Source: Tetramitus jugosus
Taxonomy: Eukaryota; Protista; Heterolobosea
Reading direction: 5' to 3'
NCBI GenBank assembly: GCA_937625935.1
Contig: OW569391.1
Location: 310,001 to 374,000, forward strand
DNA length: 64,000 bases
Shown: piece by piece, positions 25,342 to 34,834 of the stretch
How positions within the stretch are numbered: position 1 is the stretch's first letter
How the letters are laid out: every line of letters begins with the position of its first letter
Made by a program: the position numbers and the translations under genes
The notes under the pieces: generated by a model
Seen by the model: only the letters and a program-made list of their open reading frames with translations
Database searches by the model: none
What the model was told of the DNA's origin: nothing

Positions 25342-25906
25342 TCGACCGAAAGCTGGAATGGTTCCAAGCACAGGTCCGAAGTGGCACATTGCACACAGAA
25401 GAAGTGGTACATTACCTTTACAACACATCTGGGAAGCCCAAAAAGTGTGTGTGGTGTCAGATTGAAGCTGAAAGTGTCCTTCACTGTCTGATTCGATGTC
25501 CCTCTGCAATGACAGTAGGAGACGAGTTAGTGGAGTTAGGAGTGGCACGACAGAGTTACATAGACATATGGTTTGACAACTTGCGACTGATGGAAGGCAA
25601 GTTGTCGCGAAGACCAATAAGGAAAACTAGCAAAGAATACCTTCAAGGAATGATGCCAGAAGGATTGGTGCTCAACGGGATGAAGAAGTCAATAGCCGCA
25701 AAAAAAGCAAAAACATTCGTGAACAGTGTGAAGCGGAGGTGTATCACGACCCTCCATCAACTGTTCACGTCAACCAAGGAGAAACAGAAGCAATGAGGCT
25801 CTACAATAATGTACAGATAACCAGGGCCAACGCTCTTCGAGCGCTGGCTAATGCAAACGAAAGACAATAAAAAGAGCAACTGCAATGGTTGTATTAAAAA
25901 AAAAAA
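25342..25906 (+). mobile_element. 5'-truncated non-LTR retrotransposon (L1-like ORF2 C-terminus) with poly(A) tail and 12-bp TSD
   Basis: The reading frame is open from the left junction to 25796 and contains the CCHC knuckle CVWC...ESVLHCLIRCP. AATAAA at 25866, A11 at 25896-25906, and direct repeat TTCTTAGAAAAA at 25330-25341 and 25907-25918. Confidence 0.85.
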
Positions 25907-26002
25907 TTCTTAGAAAAAGAGCAAAGAATTTCACACACCAAAAAAATTCCGTCCCGTCATTAAACAAAAGCAAACAAAATCTCCTCCTGAAATCACACAA
26001 AA

Positions 26003-26965
26003 ATGAATATCCTGAGCTTAGTTGGTGTTGCCACCGTTTTGTTCCTCGTGTACAGAATTGGTCTCTTTGTCTTCCAATCCTTTATTTACAAGTCGTCCTC
26101 TGTCAAGAAATTCCTCAACAAGCAAAGCTGGGCTGTTGTGACTGGTGCCACAGCAGGTATCGGTGAAGGATTCACCTACGAGTTGATCAAGAGAGGTGTC
26201 AACGTTCTTGCCATCTCCAGAAGTCAATCAAAGCTTGATGACCTCTCCAAGTCTGTCACCACAAAGTACGCCAGCACTGGTGCTACTGTAGAGACACTTG
26301 TCGTTGATTTTGCCAATGAGAATCCAGTAGACTATGCCAAGAAGATTAGAGATGCTGTTGCTAACAAGAAGGTGACTGTTTTGGTCAATAATGTCGGTGT
26401 CAACAACAAGGACAACAAGCCATTTTATTTCTTGGATCAAGAAGAGTCTGATTTTGATAGTCTTGTCTCTGTCAACATTAATGCTCCACTCTATGTCACA
26501 AAGGCTGTGATGCCAAGAATGGTGGAGAACAAGGGAGGTGTCGTGTTGAACTTGAGCTCCTACACTGCCAAGTTTCCTGTTGGTATGAATGCAGTCTACA
26601 GTGCAACCAAGAGCTTTGTTGATTCATGGTCTCAAGCTTTGACTGCAGAGTATGCATCCAAGGGCATTCGTGTTCTCAGTTTGTTGCCAATGTATGTTCG
26701 TAGTAACATGACTCAAATCCGTAAGACTTCCCTCACTGTTTGCGATGGTCAAAAGTTGGCCAGTGATGCATTGAACTCTGTTGATGCACCATTGTTGTCC
26801 TCCTCTTTCAGTCCATACTTTGCTCACAGAGCCATGATTGCTGTGTTGGGTCTCTTGCCAGAGAAGGTTCTCTCCTCTGTTGCTTTGAAGACCATGATTG
26901 GTGTTCGTAAAAAGATGGACGCTAGAGCCCAGAGACAATCTGCCTCCGAAGTCAAGAAGGAATAA
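26003..26965 (+). CDS. Very-long-chain 3-oxoacyl-CoA reductase (HSD17B12/KCR-type SDR)
   Basis: N-terminal TM helix, WAVVTGATAGIG, LVNNVG and catalytic YSATK; ends in KKE (possible ER-retention signal). Confidence 0.88.
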   Translation: MNILSLVGVATVLFLVYRIGLFVFQSFIYKSSSVKKFLNKQSWAVVTGATAGIGEGFTYELIKRGVNVLAISRSQSKLDDLSKSVTTKYASTGATVETLVVDFANENPVDYAKKIRDAVANKKVTVLVNNVGVNNKDNKPFYFLDQEESDFDSLVSVNINAPLYVTKAVMPRMVENKGGVVLNLSSYTAKFPVGMNAVYSATKSFVDSWSQALTAEYASKGIRVLSLLPMYVRSNMTQIRKTSLTVCDGQKLASDALNSVDAPLLSSSFSPYFAHRAMIAVLGLLPEKVLSSVALKTMIGVRKKMDARAQRQSASEVKKE

Positions 26966-27098
26966 ATTAACAATAAAATATGAGAATGGAAACATCTTGA
27001 TTCAAATTTTGAAAGAGTTGTATTGCAAGGTGGGGTGAGTGGGACTGAACAACTTCATGTTCAGATTGAATTGGTCTTTTGCTCTCATGTTGGAAAAG

Positions 27099-28703
27099 TT
27101 ATGGTTCATCTTCAAACACTGTAAATGTACATGATTCCTCCTCAGGTTTCTTCACATGAGATAGAGCAAACGAAGCTGGTTGATCCGTTGATCCCAAGTC
27201 CTGTTGTATAACACGATAGTTGGTCCATTGAGTTGGCAAGTCATGATTCTCCTTTTGACTCTCCTTTTCAGAAGGCAAATAATTCCATGAGGGAAACGAA
27301 CTGGTAGCAGCAGTTGAACTGCTGGATGGTGAAGCAGTTGGTTGCTGTGGCAAGTCAAATGGCAATATTCGTGAAAATTGATTCAAGCTGGAATTGGTGG
27401 AGGCTGCGGGAATATTCATGCATGATGGTAGCAACTTACGCTTCTTGGATGCAGGTGTCGAACTGCCATTGCTCTCATCAAACACTTGAAAGTTGCTTCC
27501 AGCATTGTTCGTGAGAGTCTTTTTACGAATGCCTCCCAGTGTGTTCACAGAAGATGCAGGTCTTCTGTTCACAATACCACTGGATATAGCAGTACGTGGC
27601 CTGGTGAATCCAGTTATTGAGGATGGGGTCGATCTCGAAGCAGAACCAACAAGTGTTGTGTTACCATTGGTACGAACATTCATTCGAATGGGAGAGAGAT
27701 GAGTGGGCGTCTGCATGGCAGTTGGTCGCATGCCACTGTTTGCCTCTCGTTGAGAGATTGGATTGAATGCAACACGACTAAATTGATTCTCAGAGAATCC
27801 ACCACCAAAACTAGCAGCACTCATACCACCACCAAACACATTGGATCCAGTATTTCTCGTGGACTGGGCAGGGCTACTATTGTCTCCATGAATAGACATA
27901 TCACTCATTGACTCCTTCATGATATTTTCCATGAATCGATGCTTGAATGACTCATGGCTCAACTCCATCTTCTTAAATGGCTCTGCCTTTCGATGATAAC
28001 CTTGCTCCAACACGGAATCTGCGGCTCTAAAATCTCTGTGATCCTCCAGAGCGGTTGCCCATGAAATATAAAATTCAGCCACGTCCAATCCAATCTGATT
28101 CGTGTGCATAAAAGTGAAGACGTCCAATGGATCTTTGCAAGTATCGGCATATCTCAACCACAACAAAACATATCTTCTGTGATTCTTGTATCGAGCATCA
28201 GAAACAAACAATCGCGTACAACGATGCAAAGTCTCTCCAAATTGACTCGATGAATCAAGTGTTGGATAATTGTCTTCAATCCAAGTGAGATAATCAATCC
28301 ATGTGGTCAATGGATCTTGTTCTGACCCCAACTCGTACACATTGTTTGGTGTTGACATGTGTGAGGTGACAGCAGCAATTTTTAGTTCCCATTCCGCTCT
28401 TTCAATTGAATTCTTCACTTTTGTGTTATGATTGGAAAAGCAAATGATGGTTGGGTCACTCAACACATTCAAATTTGTTGTTTTGTTGTTGTTGCTGCAG
28501 CAAGTAGTGTCATCATTTGAGATCGTTTCTGTAGTCGTTGTCTGATTGGTTTGCAATGGTTGCAAGGGAGCAAATGCACGCTTTAATTCAGCTGGATTTC
28601 TGCCTCGTTTCAAAGGTTTAATATTTTCTTTGCTGCCTTCCCAGTGCGCAAATTCATACACGATTGTGGGTGGTGTTTCCTCTGCTAGAACAGTGTCTTC
28701 CAT
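27099..28703 (-). CDS. MAD3: Mad3/BubR1-type spindle checkpoint protein without kinase domain
   Basis: KEN box WEGSKENIKPLKRGR, a TPR domain (DPLTTWIDYLTW...RYKNHRRYVLLWLRYAD), and an ABBA-KEN-ABBA cassette (FQVFDE / QKEN / FTVFEDE). Confidence 0.88.
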   Translation of the reverse strand: MEDTVLAEETPPTIVYEFAHWEGSKENIKPLKRGRNPAELKRAFAPLQPLQTNQTTTTETISNDDTTCCSNNNKTTNLNVLSDPTIICFSNHNTKVKNSIERAEWELKIAAVTSHMSTPNNVYELGSEQDPLTTWIDYLTWIEDNYPTLDSSSQFGETLHRCTRLFVSDARYKNHRRYVLLWLRYADTCKDPLDVFTFMHTNQIGLDVAEFYISWATALEDHRDFRAADSVLEQGYHRKAEPFKKMELSHESFKHRFMENIMKESMSDMSIHGDNSSPAQSTRNTGSNVFGGGMSAASFGGGFSENQFSRVAFNPISQREANSGMRPTAMQTPTHLSPIRMNVRTNGNTTLVGSASRSTPSSITGFTRPRTAISSGIVNRRPASSVNTLGGIRKKTLTNNAGSNFQVFDESNGSSTPASKKRKLLPSCMNIPAASTNSSLNQFSRILPFDLPQQPTASPSSSSTAATSSFPSWNYLPSEKESQKENHDLPTQWTNYRVIQQDLGSTDQPASFALSHVKKPEEESCTFTVFEDEP

Positions 28704-28953
28704 ATTGTCGTTCTGGGTGTTTTACGTATGTTGTTTCGGTTGTCATTTCCAAGGTTCAGAAAAAGGACACTTTTTTGTTGCCATGAAATTTTCTGTAACG
28801 GTCATAATTTCTCCACGGGATTATGCATTTCTCCGCTGTATGTAACAACGTTGTATTCAAGCATGTCACTTGCCACATTGTTCCTTCGGATTGTGTCAAG
28901 CCATTTATTGTGATCCATTGTCTGACCATACACATTATCAATTGAAACACTGA

Positions 28954-29304
28954 CTAAACAAGGATATTCATCTTCTTCCTCATTGAGGATGTCAGCCCAA
29001 AATAATTTATCGAATGGAACTGACAGTAGACCATCACTCCTATGATGAAAGTCTTGCTTCGCCCACTATCATACCACCTGATTTTGCGAATACCCTTCAA
29101 ATGAAATAATGCCTCTGTTTTATCCAAGCTCGAAATAAGTGTTCTCTTCTTATTGAACATCAGTGATTGATTGAATTTGAATTGGTTGATTCCTTTGCAG
29201 GTGTAGCTCAATTTCAACCATTCTGGAGTGTCACAAAACTCAACAATTTTCGACCATGTATCCTTGCACAGTGTAGAACAAATGTCAATCAATACATCCA
29301 TCAC
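28954..29304 (-). CDS. Short F-box-like protein or remnant
   Basis: LCKDTWSKIVEFCDTPEWLKLSYTCKGINQF resembles an F-box; the ORF is short and may be degenerate. Confidence 0.35.
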   Translation of the reverse strand: MMDVLIDICSTLCKDTWSKIVEFCDTPEWLKLSYTCKGINQFKFNQSLMFNKKRTLISSLDKTEALFHLKGIRKIRWYDSGRSKTFIIGVMVYCQFHSINYFGLTSSMRKKMNILV

Positions 29305-29951
29305 ATACTCATCACTTTCACTGCTTCTCTTTCACTTGATTTCTTTCTCGTTGATCTCATCTGTATCAGTACTTTCTAAACCACGCTTTTTCATTTTCCT
29401 TCTTTCTTTGTTTTTTACCCTACAAACTCCCTCACATCTCACCCCCTGAAAATTTTCAACTGCCATTCGATGGAGATCTTACAATAGAATTGAGATGACA
29501 ATACCCTGGTTCGAAAAACCTCTCATCCATCTCTAAAGCATTCACTTCCATCATTTGACCATTCTGATTTTTAGTTAATAATAGAATTAAACTCGGGTTG
29601 AGTTAACATCGTAATATTTTTGGGTCCTTGAATGAGAAATAGGAAGAACACCTTGGTGAGCACCAGCACATCAGAAACTCAAAAGTCATGACTGAAGGAG
29701 ACACCCAATTGAAGCTTGAAAATTTTTCTGTGTGACGGACATAAGAATTATATTTCACGTTCAATCTCCTCCATGATCCTTCGTAAAAACAATATTTCTC
29801 CGGGTAGTGTGTCATCCTTCCACAACTGATCCAATCAGTTTGCCCCAATGTTCTGATGAGATGAACGATCACAACAAACGCGTTGTCCTCTTCCCCTTTG
29901 TGAAAAAATTCCACAAAAAAACAACACACAATTTTACCACCAGCACATATC

Positions 29952-31708
29952 ATGTTGAACCAATCCAGCAGACAAGTCTTGAAGAAGGTTACCTCAACCA
30001 CTGCTTCTCGTCAATTCTCCACCAATGCTATCAGCCAAAAGGAAATTGTAAGTTTTTTTTTTCTTTTCAAACGCAATGGACGTTTTTTTTCCAAGTCTTT
30101 GCCCTGGTGGTTTTCGACCACTGCAAAGGCACATGTCAAAAAAAAATACCAATGAAAGCTTTCAATCATGCTCACACACTCTCACACACACACTCCTCAT
30201 ATGTAAATCTTTAGAGAAAAGTCCCAATGATCATCAATGGTGAAGTCAGACAATCCACCACTACCAAGTGGATCGATGTGACCAACCCAGCCACCAACGA
30301 AGTCATTGCTCAAGTTCCAGAGTGTACTCAAGAAGAAATGAGAGAGGCTGTCGAGTCATCTCAAGAGGCATTCTCCAAGTGGAAGGACGTTTCTGTTTCC
30401 AAGCGTGTTCGTCTCTTGTTCAACCTCCAACAATTGATTGTGAGAGACATGCAAAAAATTGCAGAGAACATTACTGAGGAACAAGGTAAGACATTGAAGG
30501 ATGCTGAAGGTGATGTTTTCCGTGGTCTCGAAGTGGTTGAGCACTCTTGCTCCACTACTACTATCCAAATGGGTGAGACTCAACAGAATGTTGCCAAGAA
30601 TATGGACATTTACTCTTTTAGAGAACCTTTGGGTGTCACTGCTGGTATCTGCCCATTCAACTTTCCTGCTATGATTCCATTGTGGATGTACCCAATGGCC
30701 ATTGCTGCAGGTAACACCATGCTTATTAAGCCATCCGAGTTGGACCCAACTGCTGGTGTCATGGTTTCTCAATTGGCTCTCGAAGCTGGTATTCCAGCTG
30801 GTGTTGTCAATGTGATTCACGGAGCTCACGACACTGTCAACTTTATGTGTGATGCACCAGAGATTAAGGCCATCTCCTTTGTTGGTGGAAACAATGCTGG
30901 TGAGTACATTTTCGCCAGAGGTACTGCCAACGGAAAGAGAGTTCAAGCCAATTTGGGTGCCAAGAATCACGCTGTCATTATGCCTGATGCCCCAAGAGAG
31001 GACACTCTTGCTGCCTTGTCTGGTGCTGGTTTCGGTGCTGCTGGTCAAAGATGTATGGCTTTGACCACTGCTGTCGTTATTGGTGACTCTAGCGCGTGGT
31101 TGAACGATTTGGTTGAACGTGCTTCCAAGCTCAAGGTCAACGTTGGTACTCACCCAGAGGCTGATGTTGGTCCAGTCATCTCTCCTCAAGCCAGAACTAG
31201 AATCTTGAACTTGATTGACTCTGCTGAAAAGGAGGGTGCAAGAATTGTTCTCGACGGTAGAAAGCACGTTGTTCCAGGTTTCGAAAAGGGTAACTTTATT
31301 GGACCAACCATTGTTGCTGGTGTCAAGCCACACATGCAAATCTACAAGGAAGAAGTCTTTGGCCCTGTCTTGTTGGTCATGGAAGAAGAATCTTTGGAGA
31401 GCGCAATCCAATTGATCAACAACAACATTTACGGTAACGGTACTGCCATCTTCACCAGAAGTGGTGCAGCTGCCAGAAAGTTCCAACAAGAGATTGATGT
31501 TGGTCAAGTCGGTATCAACGTACCAATTCCAGTTCCATTGCCATTCTTCTCCTTCACCGGATCCAGAGCCTCCATCAGAGGTGACTTGAACTTCTATGGT
31601 AAGATGGGTCACTACTTCTACACCAAGCTCAAGACTGTCACATCCAACTGGAAGTATGACGAACAAGGTGCACAAACCTTTGGTACTCATTTCCCAACCA
31701 TGAAGTAA
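29952..31708 (+). CDS. ALDH6A1: Methylmalonate-semialdehyde dehydrogenase, mitochondrial; intron 30048-30214
   Basis: Motifs [44 protein letters not shown] and EEVFGPV; exon 1 encodes a presequence. Confidence 0.96.
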
Positions 31709-31980
31709 GCGATACGCATGATTCGTGTAAAACAACAAGTATTTGTTCTTTGTAATGTGGTACTCTTTCATTGTTCTTTGTGTCTTGTGTATTCAGCTCC
31801 TCCACTCATTAACTGTCACCCGCATCGTTTCTGAGATCACAAAATTGGTCATCAAAATGCTTTCAAACAGGGTCGGCATGTCCTGCACATTTCACACACG
31901 CGGCATCTGTCGCAACCAAAAAACTCCAAAAAACAACACCAAACAAAACAAAAAGCAAACACCAAACAAACAAGGAGAAA

Positions 31981-32946
31981 ATGTCGCTCATTCTGCATCT
32001 ACTCACCTCAACTTCGCCAGTTGTCCTAGGACTAGTCTTTGGTGCCATTGGTGTCATCATTTATCTATACATGGCCAACAAATCGGACGATGATGATGAA
32101 GACAATGACAGCTCATCTGACAACAAATTTGCCAATGTGACAAAAACACGTCTCATTACAAGAGAAGAAGTGTCTGAGCATTACACAACTGATGACTTGT
32201 GGGTCGTGATTGACAACAAGGTATATGACCTCAGTAAATTCGTTCCTAATCATCCAGGAGGTGAAAAATCCATTGCCAAGCACGCTGGAGGTGACGCCAC
32301 CAAGGGATTCTACGGAATTCAACATCCTGAGCGCACCTTTTTCGAAATTGAAGATTATTTGATTGGCGCCGTTCCAGAAAATCAACGAATGAAATATTTG
32401 AGCACGGAAGAAATTAAGAAACATAACAAGAGTGATGATTTGTGGTTGATTGTAGATGAGAGAGTGTTTGATGTGACACGGTTCGTCAATCAACACCCAG
32501 GAGGTCTCGATGCTCTATTGAACAATAGCAATGGAAGAAATGCGACTGCTGCCTTTTTTGGTAAGCAACACAAGCCTCATGTCTACCCCATGATCAACGA
32601 ATATTTTGTTGGTTACGTGTTCAATGAGGGTGTCGACGAAGATTTTGTCAATTCAAACAAGAAAAAAATTGCTTGTGAAGCAAAGGTCAAGCTCTGGAGA
32701 GAACAGTACACGTTGAGTCAAGTTGCTGAACACAAGACTGAGACTGATGCATGGATTGTGATTGATGGAAGTGTGTATGATGTGACTTCCTATGTGGGTG
32801 AGCATCCTGGTGGTGATATCATTTTGGATCACGTAGGAACAGATGCGAGTGTAGCTTTCAAGGATCATCCACCCTATGTCAGAGATTTGCTCAAGGGATA
32901 CTTTATTGGTCTATTGGCAACAGAAGAAAAGAAACAACAAGAGTAA
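31981..32946 (+). CDS. Membrane-anchored protein with three tandem cytochrome b5 domains
   Basis: N-terminal TM helix and three W-x-V/I-I/V-D..VYD/VFD...HPGG units, each with a downstream second His. Confidence 0.88.
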   Translation: MSLILHLLTSTSPVVLGLVFGAIGVIIYLYMANKSDDDDEDNDSSSDNKFANVTKTRLITREEVSEHYTTDDLWVVIDNKVYDLSKFVPNHPGGEKSIAKHAGGDATKGFYGIQHPERTFFEIEDYLIGAVPENQRMKYLSTEEIKKHNKSDDLWLIVDERVFDVTRFVNQHPGGLDALLNNSNGRNATAAFFGKQHKPHVYPMINEYFVGYVFNEGVDEDFVNSNKKKIACEAKVKLWREQYTLSQVAEHKTETDAWIVIDGSVYDVTSYVGEHPGGDIILDHVGTDASVAFKDHPPYVRDLLKGYFIGLLATEEKKQQE

Positions 32947-33082
32947 AGGTAAATAAATAATCAATTTTATAAAATATCATGTGTAAAATGCATCGCCAAG
33001 CATCGCGCTTTCTCAATTCAACTAAAAACTGGAGCTGCGATCAAAAAACTTTTCTCCAACAAATAAAAAAAAACTTCACAAA

Positions 33083-34690
33083 ATGTCATCATCAACGACA
33101 ACGACAACAACGACCACAACAAGCACATCGTCATCATCATCACGTGAAGAAGAAGACAACATATTTTCCTACCTTGTCAACCTACCTCCAGACACTCTCA
33201 ATCAACTGTACACACACAGTTACACATGCATTGCACTCTTTCGTTATTTGCCACAACTCGGTAGACAATTCATTCACCAAATTGTTTTATCCAGTGGTGC
33301 CGTACCCATGAAACGACTCAGTGTAACCAAACAAAACAATCATCAACATGTCAAGGAAGTTCTCACCACACTCAACAAATTTCACTTGATTGGCATAAAG
33401 CACGGAACAGCAACGTTGAATCCCATTTTTCAAGACACGTATCTCAAGAGCTTGGTCAATGACCCGTTCGAACAAAAAAAACAATTGTATGTCATTGCTG
33501 GATCACCTGAGCACATTGCACTCAAAAATACTCAACAACAGAGTACGACTTTTGATTCGTCTGTTGATCAACAACAACAATTACAACAAAAACAACCATA
33601 TGTGATCAAGCCTGATAAGCGACCACCAAATTCGGCCGATGTTGAAAATTTTGCACGTGGTCAATGGGAGAGTGTTCTTCAATTTATGCATTCACCATCA
33701 GTCGATGGTTACAATAATCGGTTCTCTGCAGGTATAAGACAATTGTTGGAATGGTCACATTTAGTGAGAGGAAGAGAAGATGATTCAAGTAGTGGTGGAG
33801 GTGGCAGTGGTGGTGGTGGTGGATTGGATGAATCATCGACCAGGAGTCGCATCACAACAGAAGGTTTTCAATTCTTGTTGTTGGACACGAAGACTCAAGT
33901 GTGGAAACTGTTGAAGCAATATATCGATACGGCTGAGAAGAGACAAATGTCGAGAATTGAAATTTTGCAGTTCATGTTTGAGTTGAGTTTTATGCAGTGC
34001 GGTAAGGGATATCCTGTGAAACCGTTGACAAAGACACAGAGAGTGATGCTTGTTGATTTGGCTGACTTGGGATTGATTTATCAGAGAAAACAGAAATCAA
34101 AGTGGTTCTATCCTACGCCATTGTCGATTGGATTGACGAGTGCTGGATCGTCCGATGTTTCATCAATGGACGGATCAGGAAGTTCTTCAGGTTCCGTTGC
34201 AAAAGAAGGTGTTTCGATTGGTGGTCACATTATTGTAGAAACGAATTTTAGAGTGTATGCCTACACGAATTCACCTCTACAAATCTCACTCTTGTGCTTG
34301 TTCATTGTTCCAGAGTACAGACTACCAAACATGGTTGTCGGTTTGATTACTCGTGAGAGTGTGAGAGAAGCGTTGATTCATGGTATTACTGCTGAACAAA
34401 TATTATCCTATTTGACAATTTACGCTCATCCTCATATGAGGCGTAAGAAGCCTGTGCTGCCCGATGTCGTAGCGCATCAGGTTCGACTCTGGGAAATGGA
34501 GAGAAAGAGATTCAAGCTATTCCCTGCTGTGCATTATGACAAGTTCCCTTCGTTGGAAAAGTTCCGTATAGCAGAGGAGTACTCGAAACGGATTGGTGCT
34601 CACTTGTGGAGTTCTGAGACCAGTATGAAGCTCATAACAAAGAGAGAAACTCACGAAAAGATGGCTCTATTCATCAAACAAAACATGTAA
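33083..34690 (+). CDS. GTF2H4: TFIIH subunit p52/Tfb2
   Basis: Motifs QWESVLQFM, ITTEGFQFLLLDTKTQVW, IIVETNFRVYAYT, YRLPNMVVGLITRESVREAL and QVRLWEMER. Confidence 0.95.
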   Translation: MSSSTTTTTTTTTSTSSSSSREEEDNIFSYLVNLPPDTLNQLYTHSYTCIALFRYLPQLGRQFIHQIVLSSGAVPMKRLSVTKQNNHQHVKEVLTTLNKFHLIGIKHGTATLNPIFQDTYLKSLVNDPFEQKKQLYVIAGSPEHIALKNTQQQSTTFDSSVDQQQQLQQKQPYVIKPDKRPPNSADVENFARGQWESVLQFMHSPSVDGYNNRFSAGIRQLLEWSHLVRGREDDSSSGGGGSGGGGGLDESSTRSRITTEGFQFLLLDTKTQVWKLLKQYIDTAEKRQMSRIEILQFMFELSFMQCGKGYPVKPLTKTQRVMLVDLADLGLIYQRKQKSKWFYPTPLSIGLTSAGSSDVSSMDGSGSSSGSVAKEGVSIGGHIIVETNFRVYAYTNSPLQISLLCLFIVPEYRLPNMVVGLITRESVREALIHGITAEQILSYLTIYAHPHMRRKKPVLPDVVAHQVRLWEMERKRFKLFPAVHYDKFPSLEKFRIAEEYSKRIGAHLWSSETSMKLITKRETHEKMALFIKQNM

Positions 34691-34834
34691 AGGTAAACTA
34701 GTTCAAGGTCCTTGTTGTTTTGAAGACATCTTTCGCACTCTTGTGCTGCGACAGCATCTCCCGCTCTTTAGTGCGAACTACAGAAAATTGAGCGAATCGC
34801 AAAAATATTTGTCCAGAGAGGGTGATAAAGGAAG

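Noticed and set aside
30356-31771. 471-aa antisense ORF over ALDH6A1 (similar shadows over OCRL, SMC2 and the ketoacyl reductase)
   Set aside because: Mirror-frame artefact of biased codon usage; no domain features.
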